64,000 nt of DNA from an uncultured Acidobacteriaceae bacterium (GTDB lineage Bacteria > Acidobacteriota > Terriglobia > Terriglobales > Acidobacteriaceae), in NCBI GenBank assembly GCA_963849505.1, contig CAWKHY010000003.1, forward strand, positions 6,096-70,095, written 5' to 3'. Of the stretch, positions 1 through 8,714 are shown in pieces; the stretch's first letter is position 1, and each line of letters starts with the position of its first letter. Below the pieces are notes generated by a model that was given only the letters and a program-made list of their open reading frames with translations, was not told where the DNA came from and ran no database searches. A program made the translations under genes and the position numbers.

Positions 1-76
1 ATGGAACGCGTTCACCGTCATCCGGTGGAAACTGTCACCGCAAAGGTCTCGGGTTCGAATCCCGTCATCCCCGCCA
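1..76 (+). tRNA. Truncated tRNA-like 3' end (T-arm, acceptor 3' strand, encoded CCA); isotype unresolved
   Basis: T-stem/loop GGGTTCGAATCCC at 51-63, then an acceptor strand, a G discriminator and CCA ending at 76. The long region upstream suggests a class II (Ser-like) tRNA. The only good hairpin (12-28, TCACC/GGTGG) gives a non-canonical loop GTCATCC. The 5' part lies outside the window. Confidence 0.4.
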
Positions 77-149
77 TACATTCAGAATGAGTTCTAGGCT
101 GTGTGCCGATCCCCTCGTAGGTGCAGAAAGGTGCTGCGGAGTTCGCAGT

Positions 150-2700
150 TTAGCTGTCCGTGAACATGGCCTTTTGAGGATGTCCCTTTGCCAACGGAGC
201 AGGCGCAGCGGAATCGCTGAAGTCCGCTGTCCACTGCCAGTTCCTGATCTCGGGCATATCCTCAAGGTGCTCACGAATGTAGTCGTGATGTTCGGCCAGT
301 TTCTTGCCGAATAGCTGGATTGCTTCGGCAGCCTGCACACGAAGTCGGGGAATGTGCTTCAGAGCGTCCAATGCAAGATGAAAGCGGCTCATCTCATTCA
401 GCACGACCATGTCGAACGGGGTAGTGGTTGTTCCCTCGTCAATGTAGCCATGCACATGGAAGCGGCCCTCATTGGCGCGTCCATGAACGAGCGTATGAAT
501 AAGCCACCGATTGTTGTGGAAGGCGAAAATCACCGGCGCCTTTTCGGTGGAGAGCGCATTGAAAGACATCTCGTCCATCCCATGTGGATGCTTGTCTGGA
601 TACATCAGGGTCATCAGGTCAACTACATTGACAACACGAACCTTGATTCCCGGGACGTACTTCTGCAAAAGCCACGATATTGCGCAGATTTCGATCGTTG
701 GCACGTCGCCGGCGCAGGCCAGAACGACATCCGGCTCTCCGCCCTCGTCATTGGTGGCAAACTTCCACGTCGATGCGCCACGCGAACAATGCTCCAGAGC
801 TTCGTCCATGTTCAACCACTGCAGTTGCGGCTGCTTTCCGCAAGTGACGATGTTCACGTAGTTGCGGCTCCGCAGGCAATGATCGAAGACGCTCAGAAGG
901 CAATTGCTGTCGGGCGGATAGTAGACGCGAATGGTGTCGCTGCTGCGTGCCAGCGCGTTATCCACAAAGCCGGTGGCCTGGTGGCTGAAGCCGTTATGAT
1001 CGTTCCGCCACGCATGGCTTGTAAGCAATACATTCAACGACGCTATCGGCTTGCGCCATGAGTAATCGCGGCATTGCTCAAGCCACTTGGCATGCTGTGT
1101 CAGCATGGAGTCGACCACCTGCGCGAAGGCTTCATAGGAGGACCACTCCCATGCCGTCCGGTAAGCAGGTAGCCTTCCAGCCATCCCTCGCACAGATGTT
1201 CGCTCAGGACTTCCAAAACCCGGCCATCCGGGCCGAGTTCGTCATCGATCGAGACAAGCTCCGCCATGGAGCAGCGTTTTGTCGCCTCGAAGATGGAGTT
1301 CAGCCTATTGGAGTTGGTTTCATCCGGACAGAACATGCGAAAGTTCGTGAGATTCATCCTGAAAATGTCACGGAAGAATTCGCCAAGTTTGCGCGGAGCC
1401 TCGGCTAGAACCTCGCCCGGTCCCGGGATTTCGAGTGCATAATCTGTAAGTTCTGGCACTGCGAGCGTAATGAGCGATCGGCCGCCATTCACATGGGGAT
1501 TGCCGCCCATGCGTCGGTTGCCGCGGGGCGCGAGCATCGCCAATTCTTCAATGAATTTGCCATTCTCGTCGAAGAGTTCCTGGGGCTTGTAGCTTCTCAT
1601 CCACGCTTCAAGAACTTTGAGATGCTCGGGATTCTCGCGAACCGTTGCAAGCGGAACCTGGTGTGCGCGGAAGGTGCACTCGATTGGGATTCCATCCACT
1701 TCCTTGGGACAAGTCCATCCCTTGGGAGTGCGCAGAATGATCATGGGCCAGACGGGCTGCTTCTTGAATCCGTTCCCGCGCGCTTCCTGCTGAATCGACC
1801 GAATCTCCGCGTAGCAGTCGTCCATCGCCTGTGCAAGAACTTGGTGCACTACGTCGGGCTCGTCTCCCTCGACAAAGTAAGGCTTGTAGCCACGGCCGGT
1901 GTACAAGGCCTTCAGGTCCGCATCGCTCGTGCGCCCCTGTGCGGTCGGACCCGATATCTTGTAGCCGTTGAGATGCAGAATTGGAAGCACTGCTCCATCC
2001 CGTGTGGGGTTAAGAAAGTTTACCGACTTCCAGCTTCCCTCAAGTGGACAGGTCTCGGACTCTACCGTCACCAATGACACAGGCAACAATCAGATCGGGA
2101 TTGTCGAATGCCGCACCGAACGCGTGCACCAGCGAATAGCCAAGCTCTCCACCCTCATGCATCGAGTTCGGCACGTGCGGGCCGCAATGACTGGGCACTC
2201 CGCCCGGCGTAGAGAATTTGCGGAACATGAGCCGCATGTCGTCTTCATCGGCTGTAATCTCAGGATGGACTTCGGTGTAAGAGCCTTCCAGATAGGAGCA
2301 GGCCATTCAGCGACGGGCCACCATGTCCCGGGCCGGAGATATAAATAATGTCCACATCATGTTCTTTGATGAGGCGATTCAGGTGGATGTAAATGAGGTT
2401 TTGTCCCGGCGAGGTTCCCAAGTGACCGAGCAATCTAGGCTTGATCTGTTCCGCCTTGAGCGGTTCGCGAAGCAGCGGATTCTCGAACAGGTATATCTGA
2501 CCGATGCAGAGATGGTTCGCCGCACGCCAGTAGCGATTTATCCTGTCAAGCATTTCAGGCGAAAGCGGACCTCTCGGGACCAGCGCACGTCTTTCGGTTT
2601 TTCCATTTGCAGCAATCGCGGTGGACAGGGCGACATCAAAGATAAATGCGGAGGGTTTCACAGCCTGGTCAGTGCTTAGAGGGAGTTCTGTAGAAGCCAT
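150..2700 (-). pseudogene. xfp: Xylulose-5-P/fructose-6-P phosphoketolase, interrupted by at least 3 frameshifts
   Basis: Four abutting minus-strand ORFs (2260-2700, 2040-2306, 1100-2089, 150-1193) in different frames read through as one ~790-aa phosphoketolase. Motif strings by fragment: [12 protein letters not shown] and ISGPGHGGP; [13 protein letters not shown] and VIGDG; [25 protein letters not shown] and RTPKGW; SSYEAFAQVVDSMLTQHAKWL and DHNGFSHQ. Frame changes lie near 2295, 2068 and 1150. Confidence 0.85.
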
Positions 2701-2830
2701 TTTGTTGTTCCTTTTCTACTTCTCCGCAGCGATAAGAGACCAGCGGCGGCTTGCTACGTTGATTGCTGATGCGCCCACGACGCTGTCTGAAGTAGCGCTT
2801 CCAATATTTCCCTCGTGAACGCCCGGCCTT

Positions 2831-5470
2831 CTATGCGATCTTTTCCCTCGCCGCCGCGTCGCCGCGTGTTTCGCGCTCCGCTTCCAGCCAGTCCTGATCC
2901 TGCTGACTCTCGCCATTGACTCGCTGCTGATAAAGCCCGTAGGCGCGGGCTGCGATCTCTGAGGTACGATCCACGGGCTTCCTCGAAAGCAGTGCAGGCT
3001 TGGTCGGGTCGAAGATACGGTAGGCAATCAGCTTCACGCGGTCATTGATGAGAGCCCAGATCAGAGCGTAAGCCCAAACGAATCCTGCCCACTTCCAGCC
3101 GAGCGGGGCCATGAACAAGCCATAGACCGCAATCAGCGTCGCTATGGTCTGCGTTCCAAGCACAGCGATCCAGAGGATTCGAGCGGGGCGTATGGACCAG
3201 AAGGGGCCGCGCGTACGGGTGAGGAAGATGGTCAGATGTCCGGCTATCGAAAGCTTCAGGTACATCAATGTCTGGATGTGCAAGCGGTCCATGTGGAAGA
3301 CTCGCTCACCGAGATAGAAGAGAAGAAACGCAGCGGCAACCCCGATGACTCCGAGCACTGTGGAGATCGAAAGCACAAGCCGCATATCCCAGGATTCCGG
3401 CTTGTTCTTGTAGAGAACGTTGTCGTAGGCGATGGACAGGATGGCTCCATCGTTGAGCAGCGCCAGCATCACGATCATGACGGCAGTGAGGGGATAGAAG
3501 TTGAACACCAGGATTGCGAGCGTCATGAAGAACAGCACGCGCAGCGTCTCGGCAATGCGGTAAATCGCGTAACTGTTCATCCGCTGGAAGATGCGGCGGC
3601 TCTCCTTGATTGCATCGATGATCACCGACAGGCCCGACGTGAGCAGTACTATCGATGCGGCCGCCCGTGCTGCATCCGTGGCGCCCGAGACGGCGATTCC
3701 GCAATCGGCCTTCTTGAGCGCGGGAGCGTCGTTGACACCGTCGCCAGTCATGCCCACAATGTGGCCGCGACGTTGAAGAATATCGACAATGTGGTACTTG
3801 TGTTCCGGAAATACCTGAGCGAATCCGTCGGCTTTTTCGATGGCTTCCTCGGTTTGGGCCGACTCTTGCTTCTTCGTGTCGCCCAGGGCGCTGGCATCCA
3901 GAATGTTAGTACCCAATCCGAGTTGTTTTGAAGTCTCCCGGGCGATGGCGATCTGATCGCCAGTAACCATCTTGACGTCCACACCCATCTGCCGGGCGCT
4001 CGCGATGGTCGCCTTGGCCTGCTCGCGCGGCGGATCGAACAGCGGCAACATGCCGACAAACTTCCACTGGCCTTCCTGGTCGGCCCTCGCGACGCCCAGC
4101 GCGCGGAAGCCACGTCCCGCAAATTCATTGATGGCGTTCTCGACTGCTGCCTTGACTTCGTCTGCGTTGGTTGCCAGTTGCAGGATCGCTTGTGGAGCGC
4201 CCTTGGTTACGAAGAATTGATTTCCGTCAGGTCCTTTAACGGTGGCTTCCGTGCGTTTATGCACCGGATCGAATGGCTGAAAGTGGAGTACCTTGAAGCT
4301 CTTCAGCTCCTTGTCATCTTTCACGCCACCGATCACTGCCAGGTCAATCGTGTCCTTGTCTTCGGCGCGCGACGCGAGCGCGGCCCAAAGAATAACTTTG
4401 TCGGGAGGAATACCGTCCACAGTGAAGGGATCGCCCAGCGTCAGCTTGTTCTGGGTTAGCGTACCGGTCTTATCCGAGCACAGCACAACCACGCCTGCGA
4501 GTTCTTCGATCGCCGACAGCCGGGTGACAATGGCTTCTTTCTTTGCCAACAGACGGGCGCCCACCGCCATTGTCACGGAGAGCACCGTGGGCATCGCGAC
4601 AGGAATTGCCGCAACCAGGAGCACAAGGCAGAATTCCAGCGTAGTGAGAACCTTGTCGCCACGGAAGAGCGCGACGATCAGGATTAACACGACGAGAGCT
4701 ACGGCAAGGACGATGAGGTAGTCACCTATCTTCAACACCGCCTTTTGAAAATGGCTTACGGTATTCGCCTCTTGCACCATCTGCGCGGTCTTGCCGAAAT
4801 AGGTATTCGTTCCGGTGGCATACACCATTGCGTCGATTTCGCCCTGGCGGACAATCGATCCCGAGAACACGGCGTTACCTGGCTTGGCGGTTACAGGCAA
4901 GGATTCGCCTGTTAAGGCGGATTGGTCCACCTCGATGGGATCGCCATCGAGCAAGCGCGCGTCGGCCGGTACAATGTCTCCCAACCGCAGTCGGACAACA
5001 TCTCCAGGCACCAACTCACTTGCTTTGGGGTTCTGCCACTTGCCGTCACGCTTAACTTTAGCCAGGATTGCAAGGCGCGCTTTTAGAGCCGCGATGGCGT
5101 TACCGGCCTGGTGTTCTTCCCAAAATCCGACCACTGCGTTGGAACAGAGCAGCAGAAGAATGATGAAGAAATCCAGCCAATGCTGAACCAGCGCAGACAA
5201 GACCACCGCCCCTTCAATCATCCACGGAATGGGACCCCAGAAATAAGAGAGAAACTTTAAGAACTGATTGGTCTTCTTCTCAGTAATCTCGTTGGGTCCG
5301 TATAGTGCCAGCCGTTTCTCGGCTTCTGCCTGGCTCAGCCCGTCCGGGGTCGACCCCAACTTTTTCTGCAACTCCGGAATCGGAAGGGTCTTCAGATCAT
5401 CCTTGGATACTGGGTCGGGGTCGTGCTTTAGTTCAGGCTTCAACTCGGGCTTCTCTGCAATCGCTGTCAC
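2831..5470 (-). CDS. P-type ATPase, plasma-membrane H+-ATPase-like (P3A subfamily)
   Basis: 879-aa ORF with a GTG start and AGGAGA about 9 nt upstream. Contains TGES, DKTGTLT, MVTGDQ and TGDGVNDAPALKKA. Long strings (GDIVPADARLLDGDPIEVDQSALTGESLPV, FLKFLSYFWGPIPWMIE, VKMVTGDQIAIARETSKQLGLGTN) closely resemble plant AHA / fungal PMA1 pumps as I recall them. Confidence 0.9.
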   Translation of the reverse strand: MTAIAEKPELKPELKHDPDPVSKDDLKTLPIPELQKKLGSTPDGLSQAEAEKRLALYGPNEITEKKTNQFLKFLSYFWGPIPWMIEGAVVLSALVQHWLDFFIILLLLCSNAVVGFWEEHQAGNAIAALKARLAILAKVKRDGKWQNPKASELVPGDVVRLRLGDIVPADARLLDGDPIEVDQSALTGESLPVTAKPGNAVFSGSIVRQGEIDAMVYATGTNTYFGKTAQMVQEANTVSHFQKAVLKIGDYLIVLAVALVVLILIVALFRGDKVLTTLEFCLVLLVAAIPVAMPTVLSVTMAVGARLLAKKEAIVTRLSAIEELAGVVVLCSDKTGTLTQNKLTLGDPFTVDGIPPDKVILWAALASRAEDKDTIDLAVIGGVKDDKELKSFKVLHFQPFDPVHKRTEATVKGPDGNQFFVTKGAPQAILQLATNADEVKAAVENAINEFAGRGFRALGVARADQEGQWKFVGMLPLFDPPREQAKATIASARQMGVDVKMVTGDQIAIARETSKQLGLGTNILDASALGDTKKQESAQTEEAIEKADGFAQVFPEHKYHIVDILQRRGHIVGMTGDGVNDAPALKKADCGIAVSGATDAARAAASIVLLTSGLSVIIDAIKESRRIFQRMNSYAIYRIAETLRVLFFMTLAILVFNFYPLTAVMIVMLALLNDGAILSIAYDNVLYKNKPESWDMRLVLSISTVLGVIGVAAAFLLFYLGERVFHMDRLHIQTLMYLKLSIAGHLTIFLTRTRGPFWSIRPARILWIAVLGTQTIATLIAVYGLFMAPLGWKWAGFVWAYALIWALINDRVKLIAYRIFDPTKPALLSRKPVDRTSEIAARAYGLYQQRVNGESQQDQDWLEAERETRGDAAAREKIA

Positions 5471-5633
5471 GATGGACGCTCTCCTGTTCTGGCTCCTGCC
5501 ACCCGATGCGCTTCAGCGGGAGGCTTCGAAGACTGTCGAATGGCGGAGACGTACTACCGGTCCTGTGCCCGAGCGTTGGAATGTTGCGTACGTATGACAG
5601 ACCAATCACAGGAGAAATGTTGCGACGAGAAAA

Positions 5634-5798
5634 TTACTTCGAGAATATATTGTGATCGCTGTCGTACCTTTGTTCAGTTTTCGTGGATTTCTCCGCAGCT
5701 TCATCAGCCACGCGTTCAATCCTTTTCTCGGCAAGTGCGTCCGAGGTCGTCGTTTCTTCTGTTTTCACTGCATCTGAGTTTTCAGATTCTTTTGTCAT
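5634..5798 (-). CDS. Small acidic hypothetical protein (54 aa)
   Basis: ORF below the track threshold: MTKESENSDAVKTEETTTSDALAEKRIERVADEAAEKSTKTEQRYDSDHNIFSK. ATG at 5798 is preceded by AGGAG about 9 nt upstream, and the stop TAA is at 5634-5636. It is co-directional with, and 163 nt upstream of, the ATPase. Confidence 0.3.
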   Translation of the reverse strand: MTKESENSDAVKTEETTTSDALAEKRIERVADEAAEKSTKTEQRYDSDHNIFSK

Positions 5799-6322
5799 AG
5801 CGATTTACTCCTGTTGTCACCATGGACCCTCACTTGCTCAAATTCTGTGCTCTTTTGCTCTCATGGCTGACTGGCGCAAAGCCTGAACGCGTACGCGTCA
5901 GCATGGCATCTGGATTTGCTCGCAAAACCCACGGTGCGAACTCCGCCGTCCCCGCCGCACATTTAAAAAGACTTGCGAAACGTATGGGCCCAATGTGACA
6001 TCGAAATCCAGACACAATACGGGCACATTAAGCCTCTTAATTCTGCATTTCTGAGCCTGTTTTGCACCGTTTCGTTCCTACAGTCGAATACAACCCTCCT
6101 ATGGAGTATTGCCCTGTGCCTTTGCCTGGTCGCCCTCACGGCCTGGCTAGTTCCTGACGCCTAAGTCACACTTGTCCACCAATCTGTTGATTCGCCGGAC
6201 GGATCGCTGATCTGCACTTAAATCGCGGCTAATGGACGGGATTGGCCCCACTGGTCGCAGTCTCTTGCTGCGGCTGAACATGAATTTCAGCATGCCGTTC
6301 TGGCTTCCTGGCTCTGATGTCA

Positions 6323-6892
6323 TCATTGGCGTGAGCAACTGGTTCTAAAACCGTCCGTCTCGGAAATTTGCCGATCTCCGGATGCGCTCAAGACGCAGGT
6401 CCAAGGTGTGCCGCCAAACTTCGCCTCATTCAGGAAGGCAAATATTCCGCCACCAAGCAAACCTACCGCGGATGCGGAGAACGCAATCGCCTTGCGCATA
6501 AATGAACGGTCGATCCAATGAATCCTCCCGAAGTCGCAACTGGAGTGCGGGGATACCTGCTTCAGCCCCTTCCTCAGCACAACCCACTTTGGCTTAATGC
6601 AGAGGCCGCAATCTGGTCGGTTGAGCCGAGACACGGCGACCTTTTCAAACTCGTGGCTGTCGCGGTGCAAATATGTCCCCACGCTCGGTACGTTTTGTTC
6701 GGAGCCGCGAAAAACCGGGGCGCTCTGATCTTGTCGCATGCGCTCCTCGAAAAGGTGCTTCATATCATGAAGAAGTCCGCGGAAGGACGCCCACACCGGA
6801 GACAACAAGTGCGACTGAATTAACGACTGTGATTGTTGACCGCGTGCTTGACGGGCGTGTGTTGAAGACATCTCTTTCTCGGCATCGGTCAT
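6323..6892 (-). CDS. Hypothetical protein with one C-terminal TM segment
   Basis: 189-aa ORF with coding-like third-position GC. It has a hydrophobic stretch AIAFSASAVGLLGGGIFAFL. No family was recognised. Confidence 0.35.
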   Translation of the reverse strand: MTDAEKEMSSTHARQARGQQSQSLIQSHLLSPVWASFRGLLHDMKHLFEERMRQDQSAPVFRGSEQNVPSVGTYLHRDSHEFEKVAVSRLNRPDCGLCIKPKWVVLRKGLKQVSPHSSCDFGRIHWIDRSFMRKAIAFSASAVGLLGGGIFAFLNEAKFGGTPWTCVLSASGDRQISETDGFRTSCSRQ

Positions 6893-6951
6893 CTATTCGG
6901 AATCGGATCGAACCTTAACGGTTCTGCCCGATCTGACGAGAGGTTGAACTC

Positions 6952-7692
6952 ATGAGTATGGCCCCATGCGACGAAAACGACTACCCGCCGCCATGCGAGA
7001 GCGGGTCGGATCTGGCCGCTGGAGAAGCCCCGCCACAGTTTTCCAGACGATCGTTCCTGAAGACGGCTGGCGTGTTGGGCGCGGGGGTGGCCACTGGTGT
7101 GCCGCAGATGGTCGCAGCTCAGGTCGCACATGAGGCCGCCTCCACGTCGTCGCATCTGATCGATATCTCCCTGACGGTAAACGGCAAGCCTCATCAAATC
7201 GCGCTCGATACCCGTACCACTCTTCTGGACCTGCTTCGCGAGCATCTTGACCTGACCGGAAGCAAGAAGGGATGCGACCACGGCCAATGCGGTGCCTGCA
7301 CAGTGCTTGTCGACGGCAGGCGCGTCAACAGTTGTCTCACTCTCGCAGCATCGGCGAGCGGCTCCTCGGTTACCACGATCGAAGGTCTAGCCAGCGGCGA
7401 TACTTTAAGTCCTGTGCAAGCGGCTTTCCTCGAACATGACGGCTTCCAATGCGGCTACTGTACGCCCGGCCAAATATGTTCTGCGACGGCTCTCATCGGT
7501 GAGTTGAAAAATGGTGAGCTAAGCCAGGTATCCTGGCATGCCGGTATTAAGAATCCGCAGGGTCTCTCCGACAACGAGATCCGTGAGCGGATGAGCGGCA
7601 ACATCTGCCGCTGCGGAGCATATCCGAATATCGTCGCTGCCGTCCGAGCCGCGTCGCGCGGGATCTCCAACCACGCGCCGGAGTCGGCATGA
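6952..7692 (+). CDS. paoA: Periplasmic aldehyde oxidoreductase, 2x[2Fe-2S] subunit with Tat signal (PaoA/YagT-like)
   Basis: Twin-arginine motif SRRSFLKTAG. Cysteine motifs CDHGQCGACTV, GFQCGYCTPGQ and NICRCGAY. Its stop overlaps the next start (ATGA at 7689-7692). Confidence 0.85.
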   Translation: MSMAPCDENDYPPPCESGSDLAAGEAPPQFSRRSFLKTAGVLGAGVATGVPQMVAAQVAHEAASTSSHLIDISLTVNGKPHQIALDTRTTLLDLLREHLDLTGSKKGCDHGQCGACTVLVDGRRVNSCLTLAASASGSSVTTIEGLASGDTLSPVQAAFLEHDGFQCGYCTPGQICSATALIGELKNGELSQVSWHAGIKNPQGLSDNEIRERMSGNICRCGAYPNIVAAVRAASRGISNHAPESA

Positions 7693-8714
7693 ACCCATTT
7701 AGCTATCAGAGGGCAAAGTCGTCGGACGAAGCTGTTCGCGCGGTCTCGGTGACTGGAGCAAAGTTCCTCGGTGGCGGCACAAACCTTGTCGACCTGATGA
7801 AGCTCGATGTCGAACGCCCCTCAAGTCTTGTGGATATTACTCACCTAGACCTGACCAAAATTGAAGATACTCCCGGTGGAGGTGTTTTGGTCGGAGCGTT
7901 GGTACGCAATAGCGTCCTCGCAAACCATCCTCGTATCGTCGAGGGTTATCCTCTTCTCTCCCAGGCGCTGCTCAGTGGTGCTTCGCCGCAGCTTCGCAAT
8001 ATGGCCACAACCGGCGGCAACCTTCTCCAGCGCACGCGCTGCTACTACTTCATGGATACGTCGTTCCATGCGTGCAACAAGCGGAACCCAGGCACAGGCT
8101 GCGCTGCGCTCCAGGGCTTTAATCGCATCCACGCCATCCTTGGACAAAGCGACGGTGGACCGGCGGACCATAAATCCTGCATTGCAACCAACCCATCAGA
8201 CATGAGTGTAGCCCTGGCCGCGCTCAGGGCCACCGTTCACATGCTTGGGCCCAACGGAAAGCGCGCCATTGCCATTTCTGACTTTCATCGTCTCCCGGGA
8301 GACACTCCACACATCGACACAAACTTGAAGGCCGATGAACTTATCACTGGCGTCGAACTCCCGGCACCTGCATTTGCACAGCATTCCTGGTATCTCAAGG
8401 TTCGCGATCGGCAAAGTTACGCCTTCGCGCTTGTTTCGGTCGCGGTAGGTCTGCAGATGAATGGCGGTACCATCCGGTCTGCGGGCCTCGCGCTCGGCGG
8501 AGTCGCACATAAGCCCTGGCGATCCGTCGCAGCGGAGAACTCGCTCTCAGGCGTTACTCCTAATCCTGAAGCTTTTCGCAAGGCCGCCGATCTCGCGCTC
8601 GTCGGCGCGAAGGGCTATCAAGACAACGCTTTCAAGGTTGAACTTGCAAAGCGAAGCATAATCCGCGCATTTGCGATTGCGGCGCAGGGAACGCGAGAGG
8701 GAGATGATTCATGA
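7689..8714 (+). CDS. paoB: Aldehyde oxidoreductase FAD-binding subunit (PaoB/YagS-like)
   Basis: 341 aa with an FAD-binding CO-dehydrogenase-flavoprotein-type N-terminus (FLGGGTNLVDLMKL). It is translationally coupled on both sides. Confidence 0.8.
   Translation: MNPFSYQRAKSSDEAVRAVSVTGAKFLGGGTNLVDLMKLDVERPSSLVDITHLDLTKIEDTPGGGVLVGALVRNSVLANHPRIVEGYPLLSQALLSGASPQLRNMATTGGNLLQRTRCYYFMDTSFHACNKRNPGTGCAALQGFNRIHAILGQSDGGPADHKSCIATNPSDMSVALAALRATVHMLGPNGKRAIAISDFHRLPGDTPHIDTNLKADELITGVELPAPAFAQHSWYLKVRDRQSYAFALVSVAVGLQMNGGTIRSAGLALGGVAHKPWRSVAAENSLSGVTPNPEAFRKAADLALVGAKGYQDNAFKVELAKRSIIRAFAIAAQGTREGDDS

Noticed and set aside
5887-5898. A perfect 12-bp palindrome, ACGCGTACGCGT, in the 5.8-6.3 kb ORF-poor region.
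   Set aside because: It is a short tandem of two MluI-like hexamers with no flanking symmetry or second copy. There is no adjacent gene start that it could plausibly control.
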